Assembly: GCA_947587025.1 (NCBI GenBank)
Contig: CANPXW010000002.1
Location: forward strand, 3,567-67,566
DNA from: an uncultured Oscillospiraceae bacterium
Lineage (GTDB): Bacteria; Bacillota; Clostridia; Oscillospirales; Oscillospiraceae
Length of the DNA stretch: 64,000 nt
Direction: 5' to 3'
Under the pieces are notes generated by a model. That model worked only from the letters and a program-made list of their open reading frames with translations, was not told the origin of the DNA and did not search any database. This document shows, piece after piece, positions 53,943-62,365 of this stretch; within the stretch, counting starts at the first letter, position 1, and each line of letters starts with the position of its first letter. Position numbers and translations under genes: made by a program.

Positions 53943-55850
53943 ATGGCGAAGAAACAGTTCAAGGCGGAGTCGAAGCGGCTGCTGGACCTGATGATCAACT
54001 CCATCTACACCCACAAGGAGATATTCCTGCGGGAGATCGTCTCCAATGCCTCGGACGCCATCGACAAGCTGTGCTACAAGTCCCTGACGGACGAGACCGT
54101 GGGCATGGCCCGCGAGGATTTCCGCATCCAGCTGGATGTGGACAAGGACGCGCGGACCCTGACGGTGCGGGACAACGGCATCGGCATGACCCGCGAGGAG
54201 CTGGAGAACAACCTGGGCGTGATCGCCTCCAGCGGCACGCGCATGTTCCGGGACAGTCTCTCCGAGGACGAGGCCGCCGCAGACGTGGACGTGATCGGCC
54301 AGTTCGGCGTGGGCTTCTACTCGGCCTTCATGGTCTCCGACAAGGTGACGGTGCTCACCCGCGCCTTCGGTGAGGACCAGGCCTGGAAGTGGGAGTCCGC
54401 CGGCGCGGACGGATACACCATCACCGCCTGCGACAAGGCAGACGTGGGCACGGACGTGGTCATGCACATCAAGCCCGACGCCGACGAGGAGGACTACAGT
54501 TCCTATCTGGAAAGCTGGAAGCTGAAGGAGCTTATCAAGAAGTACTCCGACTACGTGCGCTGGCCCATCCACATGCAGGTGGAGCGCCGGGAGTGGGACG
54601 AAAAGGGCGGCGAGGACGGCAAGGGCGCCTACAACACCATCGTGGAGGACCAGGTGGTCAACACCATGGTGCCCATCTGGCAGCGGCCCAAGGCCGAGGT
54701 GTCCGACGACGACTGCAAGGCGTATTATATGGAGCACTTCCATGACGCCTCCGACCCGGTGGGCGTGATACGGGTCAACGCCGAGGGCCTGACCTCCTAC
54801 CGGGCCATGCTGTTCATCCCGGCCCAGGCCCCCTACGACTACTACACCCGGGACTACCAGCCGGGGCTGCAGCTGTATTCCGCCGGCGTGATGATAATGG
54901 ACAAGTGCGCGGACCTGGTGCCGGAGCACTTCCGGTTCGTCCGGGGCGTGGTGGACTCCCCCGACCTGAGCCTGAACATCTCCCGTGAACTTTTGCAGCA
55001 CGACCGGCAGCTGAAGGTCATCGCCGGCAACCTGGAGAAGAAGATACAGGCGGAGCTGAAGCGCCTGATGGACGAGGACCGGGACAAGTACCTGACCTTC
55101 TACAACGCCTTCGCCCCCCAGCTGAAGTACGGCGTGGTGGGCCAGTACGGCATGCACAAGGACCAGCTGAAGGACCTGCTGCTGTTCTACAGCGTCAGCC
55201 AGGACAAGCTGATAAGCCTCAAGGAATACGTGGATGCCATGGGCGCGGAGCAGAAGAAGATATACTACGCCTGTGCCGAGACCACCAAGCGGGCGGCAGC
55301 TCTGCCCCAGGCGGAGACGGTGAAGGCCGCCGGCTTCGACATGCTGTGCCTGACGGACAGCGTGGACGAGTTCGTGATGCAGATGCTGGGCGCCTACGCC
55401 GAGAAGGAATTCTGCAACGTGACCAACGACGACCTGGGCCTGGAGAGCGAGGACGAGAAGAAGCAGGCCGAGGAGAAGGCCGAGGCCTCCAAGGAGCTGC
55501 TGGACTTTGTCAAGGAGAGCCTGGGCGGCGCGGTGGAAACGGTGCGCATCAGCCACAAGCTGAAGAGCCAGCCGGTGTTTTTGACCACGGACGGCGAGGT
55601 GACCCTGGAGATGGAGAAGTATTTCCAGAGCCTGCCCGGCGTGCCCGAGGCGGAGCGGATAAAGGCCAAGCGAGTGCTGGAGCTCAACGGCGCCCATCCG
55701 GCCTTCGCTGCCCTGGAAAAGGCATATGCCGAGGACAAGCCCCGGGCCGCGCGCCTTGCCATGGTGCTGCTGGCCCAGGCCCAGCTGATCGCGGGCCTGC
55801 CCCTGGACGACCCCGCTGCTTACACGGAGCTGGTCTGCGGTCTGTTCTGA
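53943..55850 (+). CDS. htpG: Molecular chaperone HtpG (Hsp90)
   Basis: Hsp90 signature KEIFLREIVSNASDAIDK; GQFGVGFYSAFMV. Confidence 0.95.
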   Translation: MAKKQFKAESKRLLDLMINSIYTHKEIFLREIVSNASDAIDKLCYKSLTDETVGMAREDFRIQLDVDKDARTLTVRDNGIGMTREELENNLGVIASSGTRMFRDSLSEDEAAADVDVIGQFGVGFYSAFMVSDKVTVLTRAFGEDQAWKWESAGADGYTITACDKADVGTDVVMHIKPDADEEDYSSYLESWKLKELIKKYSDYVRWPIHMQVERREWDEKGGEDGKGAYNTIVEDQVVNTMVPIWQRPKAEVSDDDCKAYYMEHFHDASDPVGVIRVNAEGLTSYRAMLFIPAQAPYDYYTRDYQPGLQLYSAGVMIMDKCADLVPEHFRFVRGVVDSPDLSLNISRELLQHDRQLKVIAGNLEKKIQAELKRLMDEDRDKYLTFYNAFAPQLKYGVVGQYGMHKDQLKDLLLFYSVSQDKLISLKEYVDAMGAEQKKIYYACAETTKRAAALPQAETVKAAGFDMLCLTDSVDEFVMQMLGAYAEKEFCNVTNDDLGLESEDEKKQAEEKAEASKELLDFVKESLGGAVETVRISHKLKSQPVFLTTDGEVTLEMEKYFQSLPGVPEAERIKAKRVLELNGAHPAFAALEKAYAEDKPRAARLAMVLLAQAQLIAGLPLDDPAAYTELVCGLF

Positions 55851-55861
55851 GCGGCCGCTGC

Positions 55862-55900
55862 AGCAAAGAAGCGTCCCCTGCGGGGACGCTTCTTTGCTTT
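55862..55900 (+). terminator. Intrinsic terminator after htpG
   Basis: AGCAAAGAAGCGTCCCC TGC GGGGACGCTTCTTTGCT: a perfect 17-bp stem. Confidence 0.8.
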
Positions 55901-55907
55901 GTGCATC

Positions 55908-55936
55908 TTGTTTTCTCCCGCAACTCATGCTATAAT
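55908..55936 (+). promoter_or_regulatory. Promoter candidate (extended -10) for the TPP-riboswitch operon
   Basis: TTGTTT (55908-55913), 17-nt spacer ending in TGC, TATAAT (55931-55936). Confidence 0.55.
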
Positions 55937-55939
55937 ACC

Positions 55940-56040
55940 CTCCGACAACAGGGGAGCCCGACAGAGGGGCTGAGAAACGGCTGGTCTGCCGTGACCCTTG
56001 AACCTGATTTGGGTAATGCCAACGTAGGGATGATACCGGG
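55940..56040 (+). promoter_or_regulatory. TPP (THI-box) riboswitch aptamer
   Basis: GGGGAGC...GGGGCTGAGA...ACCCTTGAACCTGAT..GGGTAATGCC.ACGTAGGGA matches the conserved THI-box core elements. Confidence 0.9.
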
Positions 56041-56047
56041 CTTTCAG

Positions 56048-56080
56048 GCCGTGGACGCTCTGCGTGTCCACGGCTTTTCG
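56048..56080 (+). terminator. Riboswitch expression-platform terminator
   Basis: GCCGTGGAC GCTCTGCGT GTCCACGGC TTTTCG. Confidence 0.8.
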
Positions 56081-56204
56081 TTCCCTGTTGAAAACTTTAT
56101 ACGCGGCGTCTTGGGGGCACCACCTGACGCCGTGCCGTCCGCGAGGACGGCGAACAAATGCCGCCCCAGGCGCGAGCCGGGGAAAACGTGAAGGAGGAAC
56201 TATC

Positions 56205-57260
56205 ATGGGAGCATTTGACATTGCGGGCCGCACCCGCAAAGGCGCCGATACCCATCGCAGGGGACAGCCCCGGCAGCGTATCGGCAGGAGGCTGGCCGCC
56301 TTGGCGCTGGTCCTGGCGGTGGTACTGGCCCTGGGCGGGGCCGCGTGGGCGGACGAGCCGACGCGGGTGGTGATCTACACCCCCACCGAGGACTATCTGA
56401 TCGAGTACATGCAGCAGCGGCTGGACGAGGCCTTCCCCGACTGGGACATCTCCATCGAGTACTACCACACCGGCGACCTGGCGGCCAAGGTGAAGGCCGA
56501 GGGCGCCGACACGGAGTGCGACATCATCTTCGACTGCGAGTACGGCTATCTGCAGAGCCTGGCGGACCTGCTGGTGCCCATCGACTTCGTGGACGAGAGC
56601 CAGTTCGTGGAGGATATGCTCTCCGACGACGGCACCTATATGCCCGTGGACCGGTATTCCGGCTCCATCATCGTCCGGGACGACATCCTCCAGGAGAAGG
56701 ACCTGCCGGTGCCGGAGAGCTACGAGGACCTGCTCAAGCCGGAGTACAAGGGCCTTATCGAGATGCCCGACCCGGCCGCCTCCTCCACCGGGTTCCTGTT
56801 TTTGAAGAGCCTGGCCAACGCCTGGGGCGACCAGGAAGCGGTGGACTACTTCCACGCCCTGGACGAGAACATCCTGCAGTATCCCGGCGGCGGCTCCGGT
56901 CCGGTGAAGGACGCGGCGGCCGGCGAGTGCGCCATCGCCCTGAGCCTGACCTTCAAGGCGGCGGAGCTGATCACCGAGGGCTACCCCCTGTCCATCCACT
57001 TCTTCGAGGAGGGCGCGCCCTACACCCCCGCCGGCCTGGCCATCGTCAAGGGCCATGAGGCCAACGACGCCGTCATAGAGGTGGTCAAATACTTCTACAG
57101 CGACATCATCGACGACTATCTGGACACCTATCTGCCGGAGCTGGTGAAGGTGGGCCAGGAGAACAATATCCCCAACTACCCGGACCCCATCCCCTACGCG
57201 GACATGTCCAACAATACGCCGGAGGTCAAAGAGGCCCTGATCAGTCTGTATGAGGACTGA
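56205..57260 (+). CDS. ABC transporter substrate-binding protein (ThiB/AfuA-like; thiamine or thiamine-precursor uptake inferred from the riboswitch)
   Basis: Start at ATG 56205 after AAGGAGGA; the longer track ORF would overlap the riboswitch terminator. Signal peptide RRLAALALVLAVVLALGGAAWA. Confidence 0.8.
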   Translation: MGAFDIAGRTRKGADTHRRGQPRQRIGRRLAALALVLAVVLALGGAAWADEPTRVVIYTPTEDYLIEYMQQRLDEAFPDWDISIEYYHTGDLAAKVKAEGADTECDIIFDCEYGYLQSLADLLVPIDFVDESQFVEDMLSDDGTYMPVDRYSGSIIVRDDILQEKDLPVPESYEDLLKPEYKGLIEMPDPAASSTGFLFLKSLANAWGDQEAVDYFHALDENILQYPGGGSGPVKDAAAGECAIALSLTFKAAELITEGYPLSIHFFEEGAPYTPAGLAIVKGHEANDAVIEVVKYFYSDIIDDYLDTYLPELVKVGQENNIPNYPDPIPYADMSNNTPEVKEALISLYED

Positions 57261-58047
57261 TACCGACGAGCCCGCGCCCATCCTGGAGCTGCGGGACTGC
57301 ACCGTATCCTTCGGCGGGGAGAGGCCGGTCCTGGACGGGCTGAGCTTTTCGGTGCGGGAGGGTGAGTTTTTGTCCGTGCTGGGTCCCTCCGGCTGCGGCA
57401 AGACCACCCTGCTGCGCCTCATCGCGGGGCTGCTGCGCCCGGACGCCGGACGCATTTATAAAAGAGGACAGGACATCACGGACCACCCGCCGGACAAGCG
57501 GGGCGTGGGCGTGGTGTTCCAGAATTACGCCCTTTTCGAGCGCATGACGGCGCTGAAAAACGTCGCCTACGCCCTGCGCTTCCACAAGCAGTACCGGGGC
57601 CGGGAGCGGCAGATCGCGGCGGATATGCTCGCACGGGTGGGTTTGGACGGACAGATGGATAAGCTGCCCTCCCAGCTGTCCGGCGGGCAGCAGCAGCGGG
57701 TGGCCATCGCCCGCACGCTGGTGCTCTCCCCGGACCTGGTGCTGTTCGACGAGCCCATGGCCGCCCTGGACGCGGAGACCCGCCTGGTGCTCCAGGACGA
57801 GATACGCCGCCTGCAGCGGGAGTTCTCCGCCACGGTGATATACGTCACCCACGACCAGGAGGAGGCCTTCGCCCTGTCCGACCGGATCATGGTGCTGGAG
57901 CGGGGGGCGCTGCACCAGCTGGACACGCCGGAAAAGCTGCTGTGGGAGCCGGCGGACGAGTACGTGCGCCGGTTCGTAGGGGACAATCTGCGCCGGCGGG
58001 CCCGGTCGCTGGCACGCTTTGCCGGCACGGGGGAGGACGCGCCATGA
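57250..58047 (+). CDS. ABC transporter ATP-binding protein (ThiQ-like)
   Basis: Walker A GPSGCGKTT, signature LSGGQQQR, Walker B LVLFDEP. Confidence 0.9.
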   Translation: MRTDTDEPAPILELRDCTVSFGGERPVLDGLSFSVREGEFLSVLGPSGCGKTTLLRLIAGLLRPDAGRIYKRGQDITDHPPDKRGVGVVFQNYALFERMTALKNVAYALRFHKQYRGRERQIAADMLARVGLDGQMDKLPSQLSGGQQQRVAIARTLVLSPDLVLFDEPMAALDAETRLVLQDEIRRLQREFSATVIYVTHDQEEAFALSDRIMVLERGALHQLDTPEKLLWEPADEYVRRFVGDNLRRRARSLARFAGTGEDAP

Positions 58048-59615
58048 CCGCCGCCCATCCCCCCTTCGTCCGGCGGTCTGGGCCGGTGCTGCTGGCCCTG
58101 TTCGGCTTTTTCGTGGTCTGGCCCCTGGGGTGCATGTTCTCCCAGCTGCTGCAAACGGACGTGGGAGCCATCCTGGCCTCCCGGTCCTTCCGGGAGGCGG
58201 CGGGAGCCACGGTGCTGTCCGCGTCCCTGGTGACGGTGTGCTCCCTGGCGGCAGCGCTTTCTATGGCGCTGCTGCTGTACCGCACGGCGGTGCGGGGAAA
58301 GGGGCTGTGGCGGACGCTGTTCATCCTGCCCATGCTTCTGCCCTCCATCTCCAACGGCACCGGCCTGGTGCTGCTGTTCGGCAACAACGGCTTTCTCACC
58401 CGGGCGCTGCATCTGCCGGGCAATATCTATGGCATACAGGGCATCGTGCTGGGCCAGATGCTCTACACCGCCCCGGCGGCGTTCCTGCTGCTGTACCAGG
58501 CCTTCGCCGAGGAGGACTGGACGGCCCACGAGGCGGCGGCGGTGCTGGGCTTTTCTCCCGCGCGGCGTTTTTTCGCCCTCACCCTGCCCTATCTGCGCCG
58601 GGACCTGATCGCGGCGGGCTTTCTGGTGTTCTCCATGTCCGTGACGGACTACGGCATCCCCCTGGCGGTGGGCGGCAAAGTGCAGACCCTGGCGGTGATC
58701 ATGTACGCCAAGGTGGCCGGGCGGCTGCAGTTCGACAAGGGCAGCTTCATCGGCCTGTGCCTGCTGCTGCCGGCGGTGCTGTCCTTTCTGGCGGACAGCC
58801 GGCGACGTGGCCGGGTGCGGGTGCAGCCGCTGCCCTTCACGCCCCGGCCGGACCGGCGGCGGGACCGGCTGGCGCTGGCCGGATGCGCCGCTCTGGCGGC
58901 GGTGATGGTGCTGCCCATCCTGGCCTTCACGGCCCTGATGCTGATGGAGGACTACCCTCTGCATATGGGCCTCACCCTGCGCCACTTCGCCCGTGTCTGG
59001 ACGGACCGGGGCCGGGCCGGCATGGTCAATTCCCTGCTGCTGGCCGCCGGTACCGCCGCTTTCGGCTCCGTGATCGCCTGCCTGGCCGCCTATGTGGCCG
59101 CCCGCCGGCGGGGCCTGCTGTCCCGGCTGGTGCACATCCTGGCTCTGCTGGTGCTGTCCGTGCCCGGCCTGGTGCTGGGCCTTTCCTACGCCATGGCCTT
59201 CCGGCGGCTTCCCCTTTACGGGACGCTGTGGCTGCTGATCGCCGCCAGCGTGGTGCACTTTTTCACCACGCCCTACCTGATGCTCTACCAGAGCCTTTCC
59301 AAGCTGGACCGGGACCTGGAGACCACCGGGGCGCTGCTGGGCATACCGCCGCTGCGGCTGTTCACGGACGTGATGCTGCCCTGCTGCCGGGACGCGCTGC
59401 TGGACATGGTGTCCTTCTTCTTCGTCAACAGCATGGTGACCATCTCGGCGGTGGTCTTCCTGGCCAGCGCCGCCACCCGGCCGCTGTCCCTGCTGGTGAC
59501 CCAGTACAGCGACCAGCTGGACCTGGAGGCGGCGGCGGTGCTGTCCTTCCTGATACTGGCGGTGAACTTCACCGTGCGCACCGCGCTGCTCGGTTTAAAG
59601 GAAAGACGGGGCTGA
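58044..59615 (+). CDS. ABC transporter permease with duplicated membrane domain (ThiP-like)
   Basis: 523-aa polytopic protein with two similar halves. ATGA overlap with the ATPase gene. Confidence 0.85.
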   Translation: MTAAHPPFVRRSGPVLLALFGFFVVWPLGCMFSQLLQTDVGAILASRSFREAAGATVLSASLVTVCSLAAALSMALLLYRTAVRGKGLWRTLFILPMLLPSISNGTGLVLLFGNNGFLTRALHLPGNIYGIQGIVLGQMLYTAPAAFLLLYQAFAEEDWTAHEAAAVLGFSPARRFFALTLPYLRRDLIAAGFLVFSMSVTDYGIPLAVGGKVQTLAVIMYAKVAGRLQFDKGSFIGLCLLLPAVLSFLADSRRRGRVRVQPLPFTPRPDRRRDRLALAGCAALAAVMVLPILAFTALMLMEDYPLHMGLTLRHFARVWTDRGRAGMVNSLLLAAGTAAFGSVIACLAAYVAARRRGLLSRLVHILALLVLSVPGLVLGLSYAMAFRRLPLYGTLWLLIAASVVHFFTTPYLMLYQSLSKLDRDLETTGALLGIPPLRLFTDVMLPCCRDALLDMVSFFFVNSMVTISAVVFLASAATRPLSLLVTQYSDQLDLEAAAVLSFLILAVNFTVRTALLGLKERRG

Positions 59616-59635
59616 TACCAGTCCCGTCTTTTTTC
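59602..59635 (+). terminator. Intrinsic terminator after the ABC permease
   Basis: AAAGACGGG / CCCGTCTTT 9-bp stem followed by TTTT. The stop codon lies in the loop. Confidence 0.8.
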
Positions 59636-59705
59636 ATGCCGCCGCGCCCAGCATCTCGCCGATGAATATCCCATACCCACGCGGTATTCGTGTTCATTTT
59701 TCGCG

Positions 59706-59743
59706 GTCAATTATATCATTTTTGCAAAAATGATATAATTGAC
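59706..59743. repeat. Perfect 38-bp AT-rich palindrome 3 nt upstream of the Fic promoter -35 box
   Basis: GTCAATTATATCATTTTTG CAAAAATGATATAATTGAC: 19-nt arms, no spacer, no mismatch. Confidence 0.9.
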
Positions 59744-59745
59744 CG

Positions 59746-59775
59746 TTGACATTCATGTATTTCAGGCTGTATAAT
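59746..59775 (+). promoter_or_regulatory. Promoter candidate (extended -10) for the Fic / type I R-M operon
   Basis: TTGACA (59746-59751), 18-nt spacer ending in TG, TATAAT (59770-59775). Confidence 0.6.
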
Positions 59776-59808
59776 ACGTGTGTAACAGTATTCACCAAAG
59801 GTGATCTT

Positions 59809-60867
59809 ATGCGCAATTACGACTTTACAAGCACATATCGCGCCCTTCTCTCCCCCGACATCGTGGCGCTGCTGGGCCAGATACACGAGTTTAAGGGCAG
59901 GCAGATCCAGCTCATGGCCGCAAAGGAGGACACTCTCACGCAGCTGGTGGAGCTCGCCAAAGTCCAGAGCACGGAGGCGTCCAACAAGATCGAGGGCATC
60001 TACACCTCGGATGAGCGGCTGAAGAAGATCGTGCGGGAGAAGACCATGCCCAGGACCCGCAGCGAGAAGGAGATCGCTGGGTACAGGGACGTATTGGCCA
60101 CCATCCACGAAAGCCATGACTATATCCCCCTCCGGGCCTCCGTCATCCTGCAGCTGCACCGGGACCTCTACAAATACAGCGGTCTCTCCATTGGCGGGCA
60201 CTATAAAAATTCCGATAACATTATCGAGGAGACGGACGCCGCCGGGAACAGGGCGGTGCGCTTTCAGCCAGTCCCCGCCTGGGAGACATCCGAGGCTATG
60301 GAGCGGCTGTGCGCGGCCCATGACGAGGCCCTGCGGGACCCGGCGCTGGATCCGCTGCTGCTCATGCCCATGTTCATCCTGGATTTTCTCTGCATCCACC
60401 CTTTCAACGACGGCAATGGCCGCATGAGCAGGCTGCTGACGCTACTGCTCCTCTACCGGGCCGGCTATGCCGTGGGGCGATACATCTCCATCGAGCAGCT
60501 CATCGAGACATCCAAAAAGACCTACTACGAGGCGCTGCGGGATAGTTCTGTCGGCTGGCACGATGGCGCCAACGACTACGCTCCCTTTGCCCGGTATATG
60601 CTGGGCGTGGTGGCGGCGGCCTATCGGGAGTTTGACCAGCGGGCACGGCTGCTGACCGCCCCGGAATTGTCCAAGCCCGACCGGGTGCGGGAGGTCATCA
60701 AGGGAACGCTGGGGAAGATCACCAAGGCGCAGATCATGGAAAAGTGCCCGGACATCGCCCAGATCACCGTACAGCGGGCACTGAGTGAGCTGGTGAAGTC
60801 CGGCGAGATCATCAAGCTGGGCGGCGGGCGCTACACCACATACACTTGGAACAGGGAGAGAGACTGA
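59809..60867 (+). CDS. Fic-family protein (AMPylase-type active site) with C-terminal winged-helix domain
   Basis: Fic motif HPFNDGNGRMSR, fitting HxFx(D/E)GNGRxxR. ATG 59809 follows AAAGGTGAT. The stop is 1 nt before the hsdM ATG. Confidence 0.9.
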   Translation: MRNYDFTSTYRALLSPDIVALLGQIHEFKGRQIQLMAAKEDTLTQLVELAKVQSTEASNKIEGIYTSDERLKKIVREKTMPRTRSEKEIAGYRDVLATIHESHDYIPLRASVILQLHRDLYKYSGLSIGGHYKNSDNIIEETDAAGNRAVRFQPVPAWETSEAMERLCAAHDEALRDPALDPLLLMPMFILDFLCIHPFNDGNGRMSRLLTLLLLYRAGYAVGRYISIEQLIETSKKTYYEALRDSSVGWHDGANDYAPFARYMLGVVAAAYREFDQRARLLTAPELSKPDRVREVIKGTLGKITKAQIMEKCPDIAQITVQRALSELVKSGEIIKLGGGRYTTYTWNRERD

Positions 60868-60868
60868 T

Positions 60869-62365
60869 ATGGTGACAGGCGAGCTGAAAAACAAGATAGA
60901 CGGCCTCTGGGAAATATTCTGGACCGGCGGTCTGACCAACCCTCTGGACGTGATCGAGCAGATGACTTACCTCATGTTCATCCACGATCTGGACGAGGCG
61001 GACACCCTCCGGGCCAAAGAGAGCGCCATGCTGGGCCTGCCCTACAAGAGCATATTCCCCCCGGAGGTACATATCGGCGGCCGCACCGTCGAAGGCAGTC
61101 AGCTCAAATGGAGCGTGTTCCACGACTTCCCCGCCGGGAAGATGTACTCCGTTGTCCAGGAATGGGTGTTCCCCTTCATCAAGGAGCTGCACGGGGATAA
61201 GGAAAGCGCCTATTCCAAGTATATGGGCGACGCCATCTTCAAACTGCCCACGCCGCTGAGCCTGGACAAGGTGGTCACGGCCATGGACGACATCTATGCG
61301 CAGATGGAGCAGGTCAAATCGACCGACGTGCGGGGCGACGTATATGAATACCTGCTGTCCAAGCTCTCCACCGCCGGCGTCAACGGCCAGTTCCGCACGC
61401 CCCGGCACATCATCCGCATGATGGTGGACATGCTCCAGCCCCAGCCGGACGACACAGTGTGCGACCCGGCCTGCGGCACCTCCGGGTTCCTGGTGGCAGT
61501 CAGCGACTACCTCAAGGAAAACCGCAAGGCGGAGGTGTTCTTCGACCGCCGGCGCAAGGACCACTATATGAACCACATGTTCCACGGCTATGACATGGAC
61601 CGGACCATGCTCCGCATCGGCGCCATGAACATGATGACCCATGGCGTGGACAACCCCTTCATCGAGTACCGGGACAGTCTCAGCGATCAGAACCCGGACC
61701 GGGATAGATACTCCCTCATTCTGGCCAATCCCCCCTTCAAGGGCAGTCTGGACGCGGACATCGTCAGCGCGGACCTTTTGAAGGTGTGCAAGACGAAAAA
61801 GACGGAGCTGCTGTTTCTGGCGCTGTTCCTGCGGATGCTGAAGGTGGGCGGCCGCTGCGCCTGCATCGTCCCGGACGGGGTGCTGTTCGGCTCCTCCACC
61901 GCCCACAAGGCCATCCGGAAGGAGCTCATCGAGAACAACCGCCTGGAGGCCGTGATCTCCATGCCCTCCGGGGTGTTCAAGCCCTACGCCGGCGTGTCCA
62001 CCGCCGTGCTGGTATTCACCAAGACCGGCCACGGCGGCACGGATAAGGTCTGGTTTTACGACATGCGCTCCGATGGCTTCAGCCTGGACGACAAGCGCAC
62101 GCCCACGAAGGACAACGACATCCCCGACATCGTGGCCCGGTTCCACGACCTGGCCGCCGAGGAGTCCCGCGCCCGCACAGACCAGAGCTTCCTGGTCCCC
62201 AAGGACGAGATCGCAGGGAACGACTACGACCTGTCCATCAATAAGTACAAAGAGACCGAGTACGTCCCCGTCCAGTACCCGCCCACCAGCGAGATATTGG
62301 CGGAACTAAAACAATTGGAAGCCGATGTCGCCAGGAGTTTGGATGAACTGGAGGCGATACTGTGA
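60869..62365 (+). CDS. hsdM: Type I restriction-modification system methyltransferase subunit
   Basis: SAM motif DPACGTSGFL, catalytic LANPPF, and HsdM N-terminal domain (LWEIFWTGGLTNPLDVIEQ). Confidence 0.95.
   Translation: MVTGELKNKIDGLWEIFWTGGLTNPLDVIEQMTYLMFIHDLDEADTLRAKESAMLGLPYKSIFPPEVHIGGRTVEGSQLKWSVFHDFPAGKMYSVVQEWVFPFIKELHGDKESAYSKYMGDAIFKLPTPLSLDKVVTAMDDIYAQMEQVKSTDVRGDVYEYLLSKLSTAGVNGQFRTPRHIIRMMVDMLQPQPDDTVCDPACGTSGFLVAVSDYLKENRKAEVFFDRRRKDHYMNHMFHGYDMDRTMLRIGAMNMMTHGVDNPFIEYRDSLSDQNPDRDRYSLILANPPFKGSLDADIVSADLLKVCKTKKTELLFLALFLRMLKVGGRCACIVPDGVLFGSSTAHKAIRKELIENNRLEAVISMPSGVFKPYAGVSTAVLVFTKTGHGGTDKVWFYDMRSDGFSLDDKRTPTKDNDIPDIVARFHDLAAEESRARTDQSFLVPKDEIAGNDYDLSINKYKETEYVPVQYPPTSEILAELKQLEADVARSLDELEAIL

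Noticed and set aside
56064-56204. Upstream extension of the ABC binding-protein ORF.
   Set aside because: The extension would be translated through the riboswitch terminator hairpin and lacks a ribosome-binding site. ATG 56205 has AAGGAGGA upstream and is followed by a signal peptide.
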